From the NCBI GenBank assembly GCA_950097015.1, contig CATNEN010000013.1, positions 62,001-126,000 of the forward strand: a stretch of 64,000 bases of DNA, written 5' to 3'. The stretch is from Macrostomum hystrix (Eukaryota > Animalia > Platyhelminthes). Within the stretch, counting starts at the first letter, position 1; every line of letters begins with the position of its first letter. This document shows, piece by piece, positions 25,798 to 37,097 of this stretch. The position numbers and the translations under genes are program-made. Under the pieces are notes generated by a model. The model was not told where the DNA came from. It saw only the letters and a program-made list of their open reading frames with translations, and did not search any database.

Positions 25798-26972
25798 TTC
25801 TACTGCATCAATCGCAATGAAAATTTACAAAACCTCTGATGCAATCGAGTTGATTGGATGTGTAAAATTTCAGGCTGATTCATGAAAGCGTCTGCGGGTT
25901 ATTCAATGTTAAAGTGTGTTCGTATCTCCGTAGTGTATTTTTGGGAGCCAGCTTGACATTCGCAGGCAGACACTTATACTGCATCAATCGCAATGAAAAT
26001 TTACAAAACCTCTGATGCAATCGAGTTGATTGGATGTGTAAAATTTCAGGCTGATTCATGAAAGCGTCTGCGGGTTATTCAATGTTAAAGTGTGTTCGTA
26101 TCTCGTTCCGTAGTGTATTTTTGGGAGCCAGCTTGACATTCGCAGGCAGACACTTCTACTGCATCAATCGCAATGAAAATTTACAAAACCTCTGATGCAA
26201 TCGAGTTGTTTGGATGTGTAAAATTTCAGGCTGATTCATGAAAGCGTCTGCGGGTTATTCAATGTTAAAGTGTGTTCGTATCTCGATCCGTAGTGTATTT
26301 TTGGGAGCCAGCTTGACATTCGCAGGCAGACACTTCTACTGCATCAATCGCAATGAAAATTTACAAAACCTCTGATGCAATCGAGTTGATTGGATGTGTA
26401 AAATTTCAGGCTGATTCATGAAAGCGTCTGCGGGTTATTCAATGTTAAAGTGTGTTCGTATCTCCGTAGTGTATTTTTGGGAGCCAGCTTGACATTCGCA
26501 GGCAGACACTTATACTGCATCAATCGCAACGAAAATTTACAAAACCTCTGATGCAATCGAGTTGATTGGATGTGTAAAATTTCAGACTGATTCATGAAAG
26601 CGTCTGCGGGTTATTCAAAGTTAAAGTGTGTTCGTATCTCCGTAGTGTATTTTTGGGAGCCAGCTTGACATTCGCAGGCAGACACTTATACTGCATCAAT
26701 CGCAATGAAAATTTACAAAACCTCTGATGCAATCGAGTTGATTGGATGTGTAAAATTTCAGGCTGATTCATGAAAGCGTCTGCGGGTTATTCAATGTTAA
26801 AGTGTGTTCGTATCTCCGTAGTGTATTTTTGGGAGCCAGCTTGACATTCGCAGGCAGACACTTCTACTGCATCAATCGCAATGAAAATTTACAAAACCTC
26901 TGATGCAATCGAGTTGATTGGATGTGTAAAATTTCAGACTGATTCATGAAAGCGTCTGCGGGTTATTCAATG
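25798..26972 (+). repeat. 176/180-bp tandem repeat, 6 full + 1 partial unit (left arm)
   Basis: Units start at 25798, 25974, 26154, 26334, 26510, 26686 and 26862; the last is interrupted by the LTR start TGTTGTG at 26973. Confidence 0.97.
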
Positions 26973-27004
26973 TGTTGTGATTTAATAGTTTCTATGTACT
27001 GTAT

Positions 27005-27796
27005 TTAATAGTTTCTATGTACTGTTTTTTTCGGTGCACTTTCACTGTCGCGTTGCACTTTGAGTCGCCCCCCTGCCCCTTTCTTGCTCTGCTGAAGCGC
27101 TCCAAAACCTTCTGAACTGGCGGCTCTGGTGTCCACGGCAGCCACACCTGATGTCGTCTTCCTGGAGGTCTGGTCCGAGCCTGACGGCTTGGCGGCTAGA
27201 GTAGCTGCCTCCTTTCGTCGAACGCAGCGCACAGCCTCAGCGAGAGTAGCAGGCTGTTGAAGGATCACGTACTCCTTGACGCTCTCAGTAGCCTTAATGC
27301 CCTTCTTGAATCTGTCCCTTGCAAAACTGTTGACAATCTCAGCGGGCAGCTCGTCTTCAGGGTAGGCATTCCTCGCCAGCTCCAGCAGTGCATCGGCGTA
27401 TGCCTCGTAGGTCTCGCCCTCCTTCTGCACTCGTGACTCCAGCTCCATCCGGTAATCTTCAGTCGTGCGGTGCTGCTGAAACCTTTCCAACAGAGCGTCC
27501 GTAAACTCCTGATATTCCAGATCCTCATCCAGCTGTAGATTCTCCACCGCTGCAAATGCTGTATTCAAATCCAAGAAGCTAAGCAGGTGCGGCCTTCGAG
27601 CGGCCTCCGCAATCTGCGCAGCATCACAATAAGCGTTGAACTTCTGCAACCACAGGCGAAAGTTGTCTCCACTAGAATACTTCGGCGGCTTCGCTGGCCT
27701 CTGGACATTCTGCGCTGCATTTATCTCCTGCTGCAAGGTCCGACGCACCGACGCAGTCATCAGCTCCACGAGGCGATTCACTCCTTCGTCTCCCAT
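27005..27796 (-). CDS. Ty3/gypsy-type Gag (capsid domains only, no zinc knuckle)
   Basis: Uninterrupted 263-aa ORF with PKYSSGDNFRLWLQKFNAYC, a major-homology-region-like RVQKEGETYEAYADALLELA and P-TLAEAV. It lies downstream of an LTR and PBS. The last ~29 codons come from the inverted arm. Confidence 0.85.
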   Translation of the reverse strand: MGDEGVNRLVELMTASVRRTLQQEINAAQNVQRPAKPPKYSSGDNFRLWLQKFNAYCDAAQIAEAARRPHLLSFLDLNTAFAAVENLQLDEDLEYQEFTDALLERFQQHRTTEDYRMELESRVQKEGETYEAYADALLELARNAYPEDELPAEIVNSFARDRFKKGIKATESVKEYVILQQPATLAEAVRCVRRKEAATLAAKPSGSDQTSRKTTSGVAAVDTRAASSEGFGALQQSKKGAGGRLKVQRDSESAPKKTVHRNY

Positions 27797-27940
27797 GACG
27801 ACAACAAAATCCTCGAATCACAAGATAAAAATATCACGGCAACAACAAAGCACTGGCAAAAGTCCTAGAAAACACCCCTCCTGAACAGAATCCCTAAGCT
27901 AATTAACACATGGGGTCGAGGATCCTAACAGGCACGAACT

Positions 27941-27958
27941 ATCCTGGTCACGGCACCA
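27941..27958 (-). other. Primer-binding site complementary to tRNA-His 3' end
   Basis: Minus strand TGGTGCCGTGACCAGGAT, 1 nt after the LTR end CACAACA. It matches the complement of the eukaryotic tRNA-His 3' end (TGGTGCCGTGACTCGGAT, recalled from the vertebrate sequence) at 16/18 positions. Confidence 0.8.
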
Positions 27959-27959
27959 A

Positions 27960-28675
27960 TGTTGTGTCCCGAGACGGGCCAGCCGGCTTCGCCTCTCGCT
28001 CAGGACGAGCAGGGAGGTTCAGCACTTCCGTCCTACTATGTGTCGGCCTACTGGCACAAGACGCACAGGCAGTAAGCCGGCAACCAAGGTCGCAACGAAT
28101 GCACAGGCCCTGTCGACAAAGTCCTAGTGACTGAACCCGAAAAGACAGAGGCAGACGACACTTACGTAGGCTAGCAGTGCGGGTTTGCGCTCGGGAGAGC
28201 TGGCTGAGTTGATGTATTTTTTCTGGTAGGCGGTGGTTGGGGTGCTCAACAAAACAAAACAGTCACGTCAGAGGGGGGCGAGCGCGCGCACGCCAATAAA
28301 TAAGACCTGCTCACCCAGGGTGAGCAGGGTAATACCCGATCACGGCTAAGCTGCAGCGTAGAGAGAGAAAGTAAGAGACAGTAAGAGAGAGAACCAGTCG
28401 CAGCCTCGCCAATCACGCAGGGTCAATAAGACAACTGGGCGAGCCGCGAACCAATGAGAGGGCAGGAACGGAAGATGACAATAACCGGGGGTACGCAACG
28501 TCTTAGCTCAACCAATCAGACGCCAGGGGTGAGAGAAATTGATAGGCAGGCAGGCGCAGAGCAAGAAAGGGGCAGGGGGGCGACTCAAAGTGCAACGCGA
28601 CAGTGAAAGTGCACCGAAAAAAACAGTACATAGAAACTATTAAATACAGTACATAGAAACTATTAAATCACAACA
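27960..28675 (-). mobile_element. 716-bp 5' LTR of a gypsy-like retrotransposon
   Basis: The minus strand begins TGTTGTG (28675) and ends CACAACA (27960), a 7-bp terminal inverted repeat. The PBS follows immediately, and there are several CCAAT boxes inside. Confidence 0.8.
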
Positions 28676-29324
28676 CATTGAATAACCCGCAGACGCTTTC
28701 ATGAATCAGTCTGAAATTTTACACATCCAATCAACTCGATTGCATCAGAGGTTTTGTAAATTTTCATTGCGATTGATGCAGTAGAAGTGTCTGCCTGCGA
28801 ATGTCAAGCTGGCTCCCAAAAATACACTACGGATCGAGATACGAACACACTTTAACATTGAATAACCCGCAGACGCTTTCATGAATCAGCCTGAAATTTT
28901 ACACATCCAAACAACTCGATTGCATCAGAGGTTTTGTAAATTTTCATTGCGATTGATGCAGTAGAAGTGTCTGCCTGCGAATGTCAAGCTGGCTCCCAAA
29001 AATACACTACGGAACGAGATACGAACACACTTTAACATTGAATAACCCGCAGACGCTTTCATGAATCAGCCTGAAATTTTACACATCCAATCAACTCGAT
29101 TGCATCAGAGGTTTTGTAAATTTTCATTGCGATTGATGCAGTATAAGTGTCTGCCTGCGAATGTCAAGCTGGCTCCCAAAAATACACTACGGAGATACGA
29201 ACACACTTTAACATTGAATAACCCGCAGACGCTTTCATGAATCAGCCTGAAATTTTACACATCCAATCAACTCGATTGCATCAGAGGTTTTGTAAATTTT
29301 CATTGCGATTGATGCAGTAGAAGT
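28676..29324 (-). repeat. 176/180-bp tandem repeat, 3 full + 1 partial unit (right arm, inverted)
   Basis: Reverse complement of the left-arm units, including the same diagnostic variants (tctcgttccg, tctcgatccg, tcagactga). Confidence 0.95.
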
Positions 29325-31582
29325 TACTTTTTGAAAGTACAAGAATATACACTGCGGAGATAGGAACAAACTTTAAAGCTGTGTAATTCTTTTATGCATT
29401 GACAAAAATAAATTATATTTATTTTGGAACGTTATCTTAGTTGCATCAGAAGATCTTGTAAGTTTCGCTGTAATTGAATGGTTATTTTTTAAGTTACAAT
29501 ACTCTTGTGTGAATGTGAATGTGAATGTCAATCGGGAAATTAATAGAAATAAAGGTTAAATAGTCATTTTCACATCAATTGATAGTCTTAACAATTAAAC
29601 TGTCATTTGTGTCACTGTATTTGTGCTGCTTGTGAACTGATAGCTGTTGCTATTCCATCCAATTCAGCAATTATTCTATTTTCTTTATCACCTAATACGC
29701 CTGTATATATTATTTGTCGGATCGTCGCCTAGTTTTAGTACAAAAGAATGCTTCCGTTTTGTTCTTGTTTCTGTCAGGATTCTAAAGCGTAATGTTTAAA
29801 TCATTTATTAATTAAAAAAATACTGATTATTTCACTAAATTAGTACAATAAATGTGCAATTAGTTAAAACATATATAATCACTCTTATAAGTCTTATTTC
29901 TTACTTCACCTAAATATAAATGCCTGTAAAAATATATTAATTTATATAGTATGTATATGTAATTTATTTTTTGGTGGCTTCTTCTGGCATCCCTTTTGTT
30001 CAGTGCTGGGCAAGTTAATTTAAAAAAGTAATGGAAGTTACTGGTAACATCTGTTACCAAATTCTCCAAAAATGATTTTTCATTCGTTACTTGTAACTGG
30101 TACTTTTTGATTTTTGGTAACTTCCATTACTTAGTCTATTACTTTGTTAGTAATGTCATTATTTTATTTTTTCAGATTTAAAAATAAAATAATAATAATT
30201 AATTTAAATCATTTTTAAGTCTAGGACCAGAAGGTGAATATTTTCTAAAAGCTAGCTGTGAAAGTTGCCTAGCCATTGGCATTAGACAGGACAGGTTCGT
30301 TGAAATATTATAAAAGAAAAAATATTTGCAAATATTATTATTTATTTTAACTTTTTTTGTAAATTTCAATACAATATGTGAATATGAATGAATAGAATAT
30401 TAGAATATACATTACAATATGATAGATTGATAGCCAATGTGACCGCATAAACAGTAAACATGCAAACACAAAACAAACAGGTTTATAACCTTTAGGAACT
30501 TTTCCATTTTTTTATTTTTGGCATGAGAGGAATGAATGAGATGAATGATAATGAATAAATTCCCTTGCAGCAGCAGAAGCCTTGTGAGCATGCTAGGCCC
30601 TATTGCCCAGGGATGCACGTTTAGCATGTAGGACATCCTTGGCTGCAGAGAATGCATGCTCAACTGCAGCACTAGCTGGGAGAGCAGTGTTGTAGCAGTT
30701 TCTAATGGCTATTGGCTAGTAACCAAAGACTGGAGGACTGGACTACAGAAAAAAACCTCTGTTACCGTTACTCTGTTACCCAGTTGATAAATTAACTCAA
30801 AAAAGTACAGTTTTAAGGAAAAGTAAATTTAGTTACTTTCTAAAATAACGGAGTACCGGAAGTGCCCAGCACTGCTTTTGTTTAAATGCTATCACTTGAA
30901 AACATTTTTAGTTAGCCTACCTACCTCTTTGCCCTTGCTTGCTATTACTATTATTAAATCAGCTTAGGTCTTATGTCTATATGCTTTGCCTCCATATAAT
31001 AAATATTCTAGAATACCATAGAAGCAGACTAAGATAAGCATCTATATTTAGAGAGAAGGAAGGTAAGCCACTGACAAAAGGTCACATTGATATGCAATAT
31101 TTACTCAATGAAGTCTGTACCATATCTCAAATCCATTTGTTTCACAAGTTTAATGGAGAGTTCCTACTATTTTATTTAGCTAGCTTAACTAGCCATTGTC
31201 ATTTGGTTCTTAAGAGCTCTGTTATATTCATAGCTCCAACATTTTTCATATTGTTTGAACTCTGCTTGAGTTTGATTGAGTCCCTAGTGGTAGTTAGTTA
31301 TGCTTATGCCATCCTATTGTTTCCGCCCAGCCTAATGAGAAATATCCTGAATTCTTAGTTGTCTCATTTAGTCCTTACTATAAAAATATTCTGTGTTTAC
31401 TCCATTTTATAAAGAACATAAAGAACATTTATAAATACTAATTTATCATGTATTTTTGCAGCTTTTCCAGAGCCATATAATATAATCCTTACATAAACTT
31501 GCAGATTATTTGCTACTTATTTTACACCTCCCAAGTATTTGACCATATTTGACCAAGTTAACTTTTTTAACTTTCAGCAAAA

Positions 31583-32451
31583 ATGGGCGGCTGTTGTTGT
31601 AAAGAAGGAGAAGCAGATTCTGATAGAGGTGAACGAGATCGCCTGCTGACTAACCCCGTGTCTGATGGGGATGAAGATCATAAGTGAGCTTTTTTCTGTC
31701 CTAGCAATATGCACACCGAGTTAATCGATTTAACTTGAATGTCAATACTCTAATAGACTATTGATAATGCTTAATAGATAAATGGATAGCTTGATAGCAT
31801 GAACCTGTACCCATTTACCCATCTGGTACAGCTGAGTGAACTGAAACAATGCGGGAATGGGTGGGGAAAATTGTCATTTAACAAGGCAGAAGTCTGAAGC
31901 TTTACTTGACAATTACTTGACCATGGTAGGCCCTAATGGACCGGAAGTCGCACTGATAATAAAAGCGATTAGAAGCTAGCAAAGCTATACTCAACTTCTC
32001 ATTCAGTCATCAGAACGGTGGTAGCGGCAGAGGCAGCGCTGGCTCATCGGGCAAGTCCGACCGGCCCGACATGCAGGCGGCGCTGTCGCAGATTCTAGAA
32101 CACGTTGCCGTCCAGGTGATCGACATTGGCCAGTCCGGTCCGCAGGTTGTCGAACGCCAGGAGTACACACAGCGAGCCAGGCAGCTGCTGCGTGTGGGCA
32201 GCGAGCGACTGCGCGGACATCAGCAGCCGAAACGGCTACTGCCGATCCTGGGTGTCAGCGTCCTCGGCGCCGGTGGCGGCACCGGTAGCACCTCGTCGGT
32301 GATAGACACTCTCTCTAGGGAGTCTCCGCCCTCTACTACCGACGTGGCTCTGGCAGCCGAGCTGGCGAGGGGCGTAGCGGAGGCGACACTGTCAGTCTCC
32401 GTACGGGTGCCGGACGATCTGCTGGTGCGCTTTGGCGCATCGTCTGCCTGA
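31583..32451 (+). CDS. LAMTOR1: Ragulator complex protein LAMTOR1 (p18)
   Basis: Exons 31583-31683 and 32007-32451. N-terminal MGGCCC acylation motif, ERDRLL dileucine motif, QAALSQILEHVAVQVIDI, EYTQRARQ and a C-terminal DDLLVRFG. Confidence 0.85.
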
Positions 32452-33875
32452 CCCAGGACAGAGTGAGCTAATGATGCCCATTGCCCACCCTCCTGCCCCA
32501 GATCCATTTAGAGCACGACTCGATCCAATCCAGTCATTTGATTCAGATCCCAATCCACTGGGAAGTAAATACTGCCTTTCACGCTCCCAAACTGCAGTTT
32601 GCAAATCTCCAAGATTATGGCCTTCTGAATGTGCGAGGATTTTTCTCATAAAGCGATTTCTTTTAAATATCCAGTAAGCGTTTCTATGTGATTTGTAGAG
32701 GCAAACATTATGCAATAATTAAGTGCAATTTATTGCTTACTCGGTTAGCCCAAGTCTGCTTCTGTCATTATCAATACTTGCTGTCAATGCTTTTTAGTCA
32801 ATAACTCTCGCTTTGAGTTTTATATAAAATGCCTGTGCTCGTGTATGGCACGATAATCGAATGCTCCTACAATGTTTTTATATATAAATCTCGCATGTGA
32901 TTGCCATTCCGCTCCCAGTTTTAACTTTTTGATACGTTTGTTTTAAACCTATTTAAACCTAATATTGAAGTATAAACTGTCGCGAACCCGGTTTTCATGG
33001 AGCTGCATTTTTCTGTTTCATGTGTCTAACTATCCAGTAAGATTTGAGCAGTCTTCATAAACGAGTCGCATGATGTGCCAAGCACTTTGCCAGCCTACCG
33101 AGTACCGCGTGTGTACCCTCAGTAGGTTCAAACTTATTAGTTTCTTAGCCATCAGGCCATAATCAGCCACCAATAATATGACAAGTGTTAATAATGGATT
33201 CCCTGAACTGTCCAGTTTGATTGTCTGAACCATCGTCAGCGACCATTGTCTATGGTCAAGTATTTTTATAATTACAAGCTTGTAGTATTTGGTACATATT
33301 CGCTAACCAAAGTACTCGTACATTATATTCTGCAACTGTCTATTGAATATACATAATACAGCCGATTGTTGATTTGCAAATTAAATACATTATTTTCTGA
33401 CAGATCATATAAGGTATAGGCGATATGAACTCATGCACAATAAGTGCACCGATTGTGGCTTGAATAGCCAAAGCTGTGTATTGTGTTCGTAAACAAATTG
33501 TCATTTACTGCTTTTTTATTTCTTTAACTACGAGTATTTGAACAATAACGAAGCAAATTTCACCGCGACATAAATTATCAGTTGATTAAGTTAAACATTT
33601 TTAGTTAGAAACCCTACCTAGCATATGTAAATATTTACACTTATTTCTGTATTGCGGATGAACAGGCGATAACTGCTTAGTCTATTGGCCAGAAAATAAA
33701 GTTGACCCGAAATGGCGGTATTAATTTACTGCTCAACTTTAGTAACATTAGAATTAGAAAGACTTAAACGCTAAATATATTATAATTTAATCAGTTGCAT
33801 AAATGCCTACTACGAGCTTTTCAATCTGTAGCAGCAGTTTTCGAAACTTCAAACCCCCCAAATCCCTGACGCGGT

Positions 33876-35285
33876 CTATTTGTTATTGTAGGAAGCGTGG
33901 CGCTGGTTCAGAGGATTCTCCGGCGACTTCTCCCAGCTCTTGTGCACCAGCTGCTTCAATTGGCTGAGCCGCATACCGGGCAGCTCCCGCTTTAGTCTGG
34001 CCAATTCGCGCTCTTCAAACGCCGAGTAGGCGGCGCGCATCCGCTTCTCCGGGTGCCGGTCGGATTCGGCGTCCCCGCCGAGCACCTGCAGAGCTTCGTC
34101 AACTGTGCGCGCCTGTTCGCCGTCGATTTCTAATCGATTAATGTTCTCTTCGAGTTCGGGCTGTTCAACCACCGGCTTGGCCCAGGATCCGCCGGTTGCG
34201 GCCGCCGCCTCACGCCTGGCCTCGATCTCGGCTCTGGTGACCTTCTCCGGCACCTCCTGCCTAGGCACAGCCGATTCCATCTCCTGATCGTGCAGGGCGC
34301 GCAGTTCCGCTTTGCGCTCAGAGCGCTCGTGAAACTTCAAACGGACGGAGATATAGAACAGTTTATGGATTTGAGTTTGGGTGATTAGTATGGGTAATGT
34401 ACAGATATTTTCCGTACCGTACGGAAAGTACAGGTGAATTGGGGGTAATGTAAGGCTAGTGAGTACAGGAGGGCGAGTGGCAGAGCGGTTAACGCGTTTG
34501 CCTCTCGCGCCAAGGTTCCTGAGCTCGATCCTGAGCCGTTGAGGGCCAACCTACTAGGCACATGATAGTCAGGGCAGATGTACACCGTTTTGGGAGTGTA
34601 TGCCTGCGTACAGTGTCTGTGTGCGCGTGTTTTCAGGAGTCAGCGAAATGGGCAGAATTGCCCCTTGTTTGGTCTACAACAGAGTTTAGTCCAGTGGTAA
34701 GAGATTAGACTTCCGATCGAGTGGTCAAGTGTTCGAATCTCGATCAGGACAAGAGACACAATAATGTATATTATAGTTGACTACTTGAGCACTATACACT
34801 CAGTTCACTAGTGCTTCATCCAGCTGCGAAATGGATGCCAGCTTCAGATGGGGTATACATTGTTGGCGGCGTCTCAAACTGCCTTTGGAAGGCCACCTGG
34901 AGTAGGTGTTATTTAACATTTTCCTATAATCTTTGTACACTAGGAATGCACTGAACAAACAAGTCTCTTTCGTTTGAGATGTTCGAAATATTATTGTCTT
35001 CTTAAACATAAGACTTAAGGCGGGACTATAAAAAGAACAGAAATGATTGAACTTAATGAAGGCCATAGATAGAATCGATAAACAAAGGTTAAAACACAAA
35101 TTGCTCACCTTGGCCTCCTTCTCGGCCTTGCGCATCTGCTTTCTGATGGCGTGCTTATCCTCATCGCGCCATTTTTCGTCCTCCTCAGCTTCAGCTTTCT
35201 TCTGGCGCTCCTCAGCCTTCTGCGACTCCTTGCGGGCGCGGGCGACGGCCGCTTTGGAATTTTCGCCTTGAAATTTCTTTGGCAT
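33876..35285 (-). CDS. CCDC124: Coiled-coil domain-containing protein 124 (Lso2/Oxs1 family)
   Basis: Exons 35285-35109 and 34334-33876. MPKKFQGENSKAAVARARK...W-D-DK and DRHPEKRMRAAY-AFEE-EL-RLK-E-PGMRLSQLKQ---K-WEKSPENPLNQ. Confidence 0.93.
34468..34662 (+). mobile_element. tRNA-derived SINE-like element, copy A (CCDC124 intron)
   Basis: A-box-like TGGCAGAGCGG, B-box-like GAGCTCGATCC and a body (gtcagggcagatgtacac...caggagtcagcgaaat) shared with 35496-35700 and 35741-36030. Confidence 0.65.
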
Positions 35286-35495
35286 CAAATTAGTGCTACT
35301 GAGCCGCCCGGGTAGGCTTGGAGTATGAGAACACTCAACAGAGATTTAAATCAACTCTGCAATAATCTCGGAGCAGAGACTCAACTGAAATTCAGTCCAA
35401 GCAGTGGTAATAAATAAAGCATCATAAATTTTATTTATATACTCTTCGGGTGCTTACTGCGAAGCTCTACTCAATCTTTTCTATTGAAACCAGGC

Positions 35496-35700
35496 CAGGG
35501 GGTTCAGTGGTGGAGCACGTTACGCGTGTGCCACTCGCATCAAGGTTCTTGAGCTCGAATCCGCGGCGAGGTCACACTCATTCGACGAGCAGTTAACGCC
35601 AACTAGGCCAACCCCAATTGTACAGTGATTATGGCTAAGTTACAGTCAGTGCAGACGTACACCCATGTGTTCAGGAGTCAGCGGAATGGTGAGAATCGAC
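35496..35700 (+). mobile_element. tRNA-derived SINE-like element, copy B
   Basis: Homologous head (ggggttcagtggtggagc...gagctcgaatcc) and body (caggagtcagcggaatgg). Confidence 0.6.
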
Positions 35701-35740
35701 TCTCGCTGGCTGCGTGTCTACTGCAACCAAACGATACATC

Positions 35741-36030
35741 AGGGGGTTCGGTGGCGGAGCGGTTAACGCGTTTGCCTCTCGCACCATGGTCCTTGAGTTC
35801 GATTCGACGGCGAGGCCACATTTATTTGGGGCGCAGCCGCGGAGAGAAGGCTTTGGGGGCTTGACGTGCAATTTACGCCCTTGAGGGGCCAACCTCCAAG
35901 TCACAGTGAAGTGTACACTGCCTGACGATGAGAAAGTCAGGGCAGATGTACACACCTGTATGAGTGTGTGCCTGCGTACAGTATCTGTGCGTGTGTGTGC
36001 TCAGGAGTCAGCGAAATTGGCAGAATTGCC
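35741..36030 (+). mobile_element. tRNA-derived SINE-like element, copy C
   Basis: gggggttcggtggcggagcggttaacgcgtttgcctctcgc...gagttcgattc, with the same body as copy A. Confidence 0.65.
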
Positions 36031-37097
36031 TAGTGTCACCAGATGATGTGCCATTGCCCACAGCCCTCCTGCAAATATGCATAATCACTACAATACTTAA
36101 TACACAGTATCTAAAGGCAAACTAACAGACTTAAAAGATTTCTAGCAAATGAAATGGCTAGTCAAGTCGAACTGACTGAAGTCATTTTGGTTAAATTATT
36201 AGAGCTACAATATATAGAGAAGGTGGCCAAAAAAGAGCAATAAAAATTATTGATTACTTGTGATTGACAAGACAGGACAGACAGGCTTTTAGGTCACCGA
36301 GACCGGCATGACGGCAACAGTCTATATGCGTGAGACACCAAGACAATGGTAAGTGTAACCGTGGGGAAATGCTTTAAAACATGCGACTCATTTTTTATAA
36401 TTTACACAAGCCAGGCGTCAGCAGACACCGATAATTGCAAGGTATGCAAACTGTAGAAGCTGCCGAAATAGGAAACAATGCACTAGTTAGGTAATGAGCT
36501 AATGAGATAGTTAAAAAACTAGTTATACTCGTATTGACAGGGATAGCATACGAAAATATGTTAGGCTTTGAGACGCACATAATCAGATTCTACTCGTGTA
36601 ATATATGTTAGAACAAAAGCGTGAGAATACTAATAGGGCCAAAAAATTACAAAAGGGCCAAGAATGGTAAAATTGCGAAACACTGGGTTTCAAATAGACA
36701 AAAAAGTTAAGTTGTTTTAACATTTTAACATAGAAAAATAGAAGAAAAAATATGTATAATATCTGTCCCTAACCAATCAGAACCATCATAGAACCACCAT
36801 ATGATTAAATCTCAGAGCCCAGTCAATCAGAACCACCCTACAATCAAATCTTAGAGCCCAGTCAATCAAAACCACCCTACAATCAAATCTCAGAGCCCAG
36901 CCAACCAGAACCGCGCTACGAACAAATCTCAATGCTTAACCAATTTGTATAGTGAAACAGATTATAGATAAGTACAAAATAAACGACAAATATGGAACGA
37001 TCATCATTTACAGCGATCCTTAAAAGCAACCATAAGAACCAGGGTGAGACAGAAGGGTAGAAGACAAAGGAAGGCCTGATAAGAAGAGGAGTGAGTG

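Larger units (their letters stand above)
25569..29545. mobile_element. Foldback-like composite element: long inverted arms around an LTR-retrotransposon 5' fragment
   Basis: Left arm 25569-27092 is the reverse complement of right arm 28556-29545, with a spacer at 27093-28555. The arms differ mainly by three extra 176-bp units on the left. Both ends are bounded by TA and the flanks beyond are unrelated. Confidence 0.85.

Noticed and set aside
25870-25915. Hammerhead-like core CTGA-TTCAT-GAAA in each 176-bp unit
   Set aside because: It lacks CUGANGA, and I could not form stems I and III with a properly placed NUH. An Infernal search with hammerhead models would be needed to revisit this.
34685-34750. 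tRNA-like sequence (gtccagtggtaag...gacttccgatc...gttcgaatc)
   Set aside because: The acceptor and anticodon stems do not pair convincingly. It is more likely a SINE head or pseudogene; tRNAscan-SE would decide.
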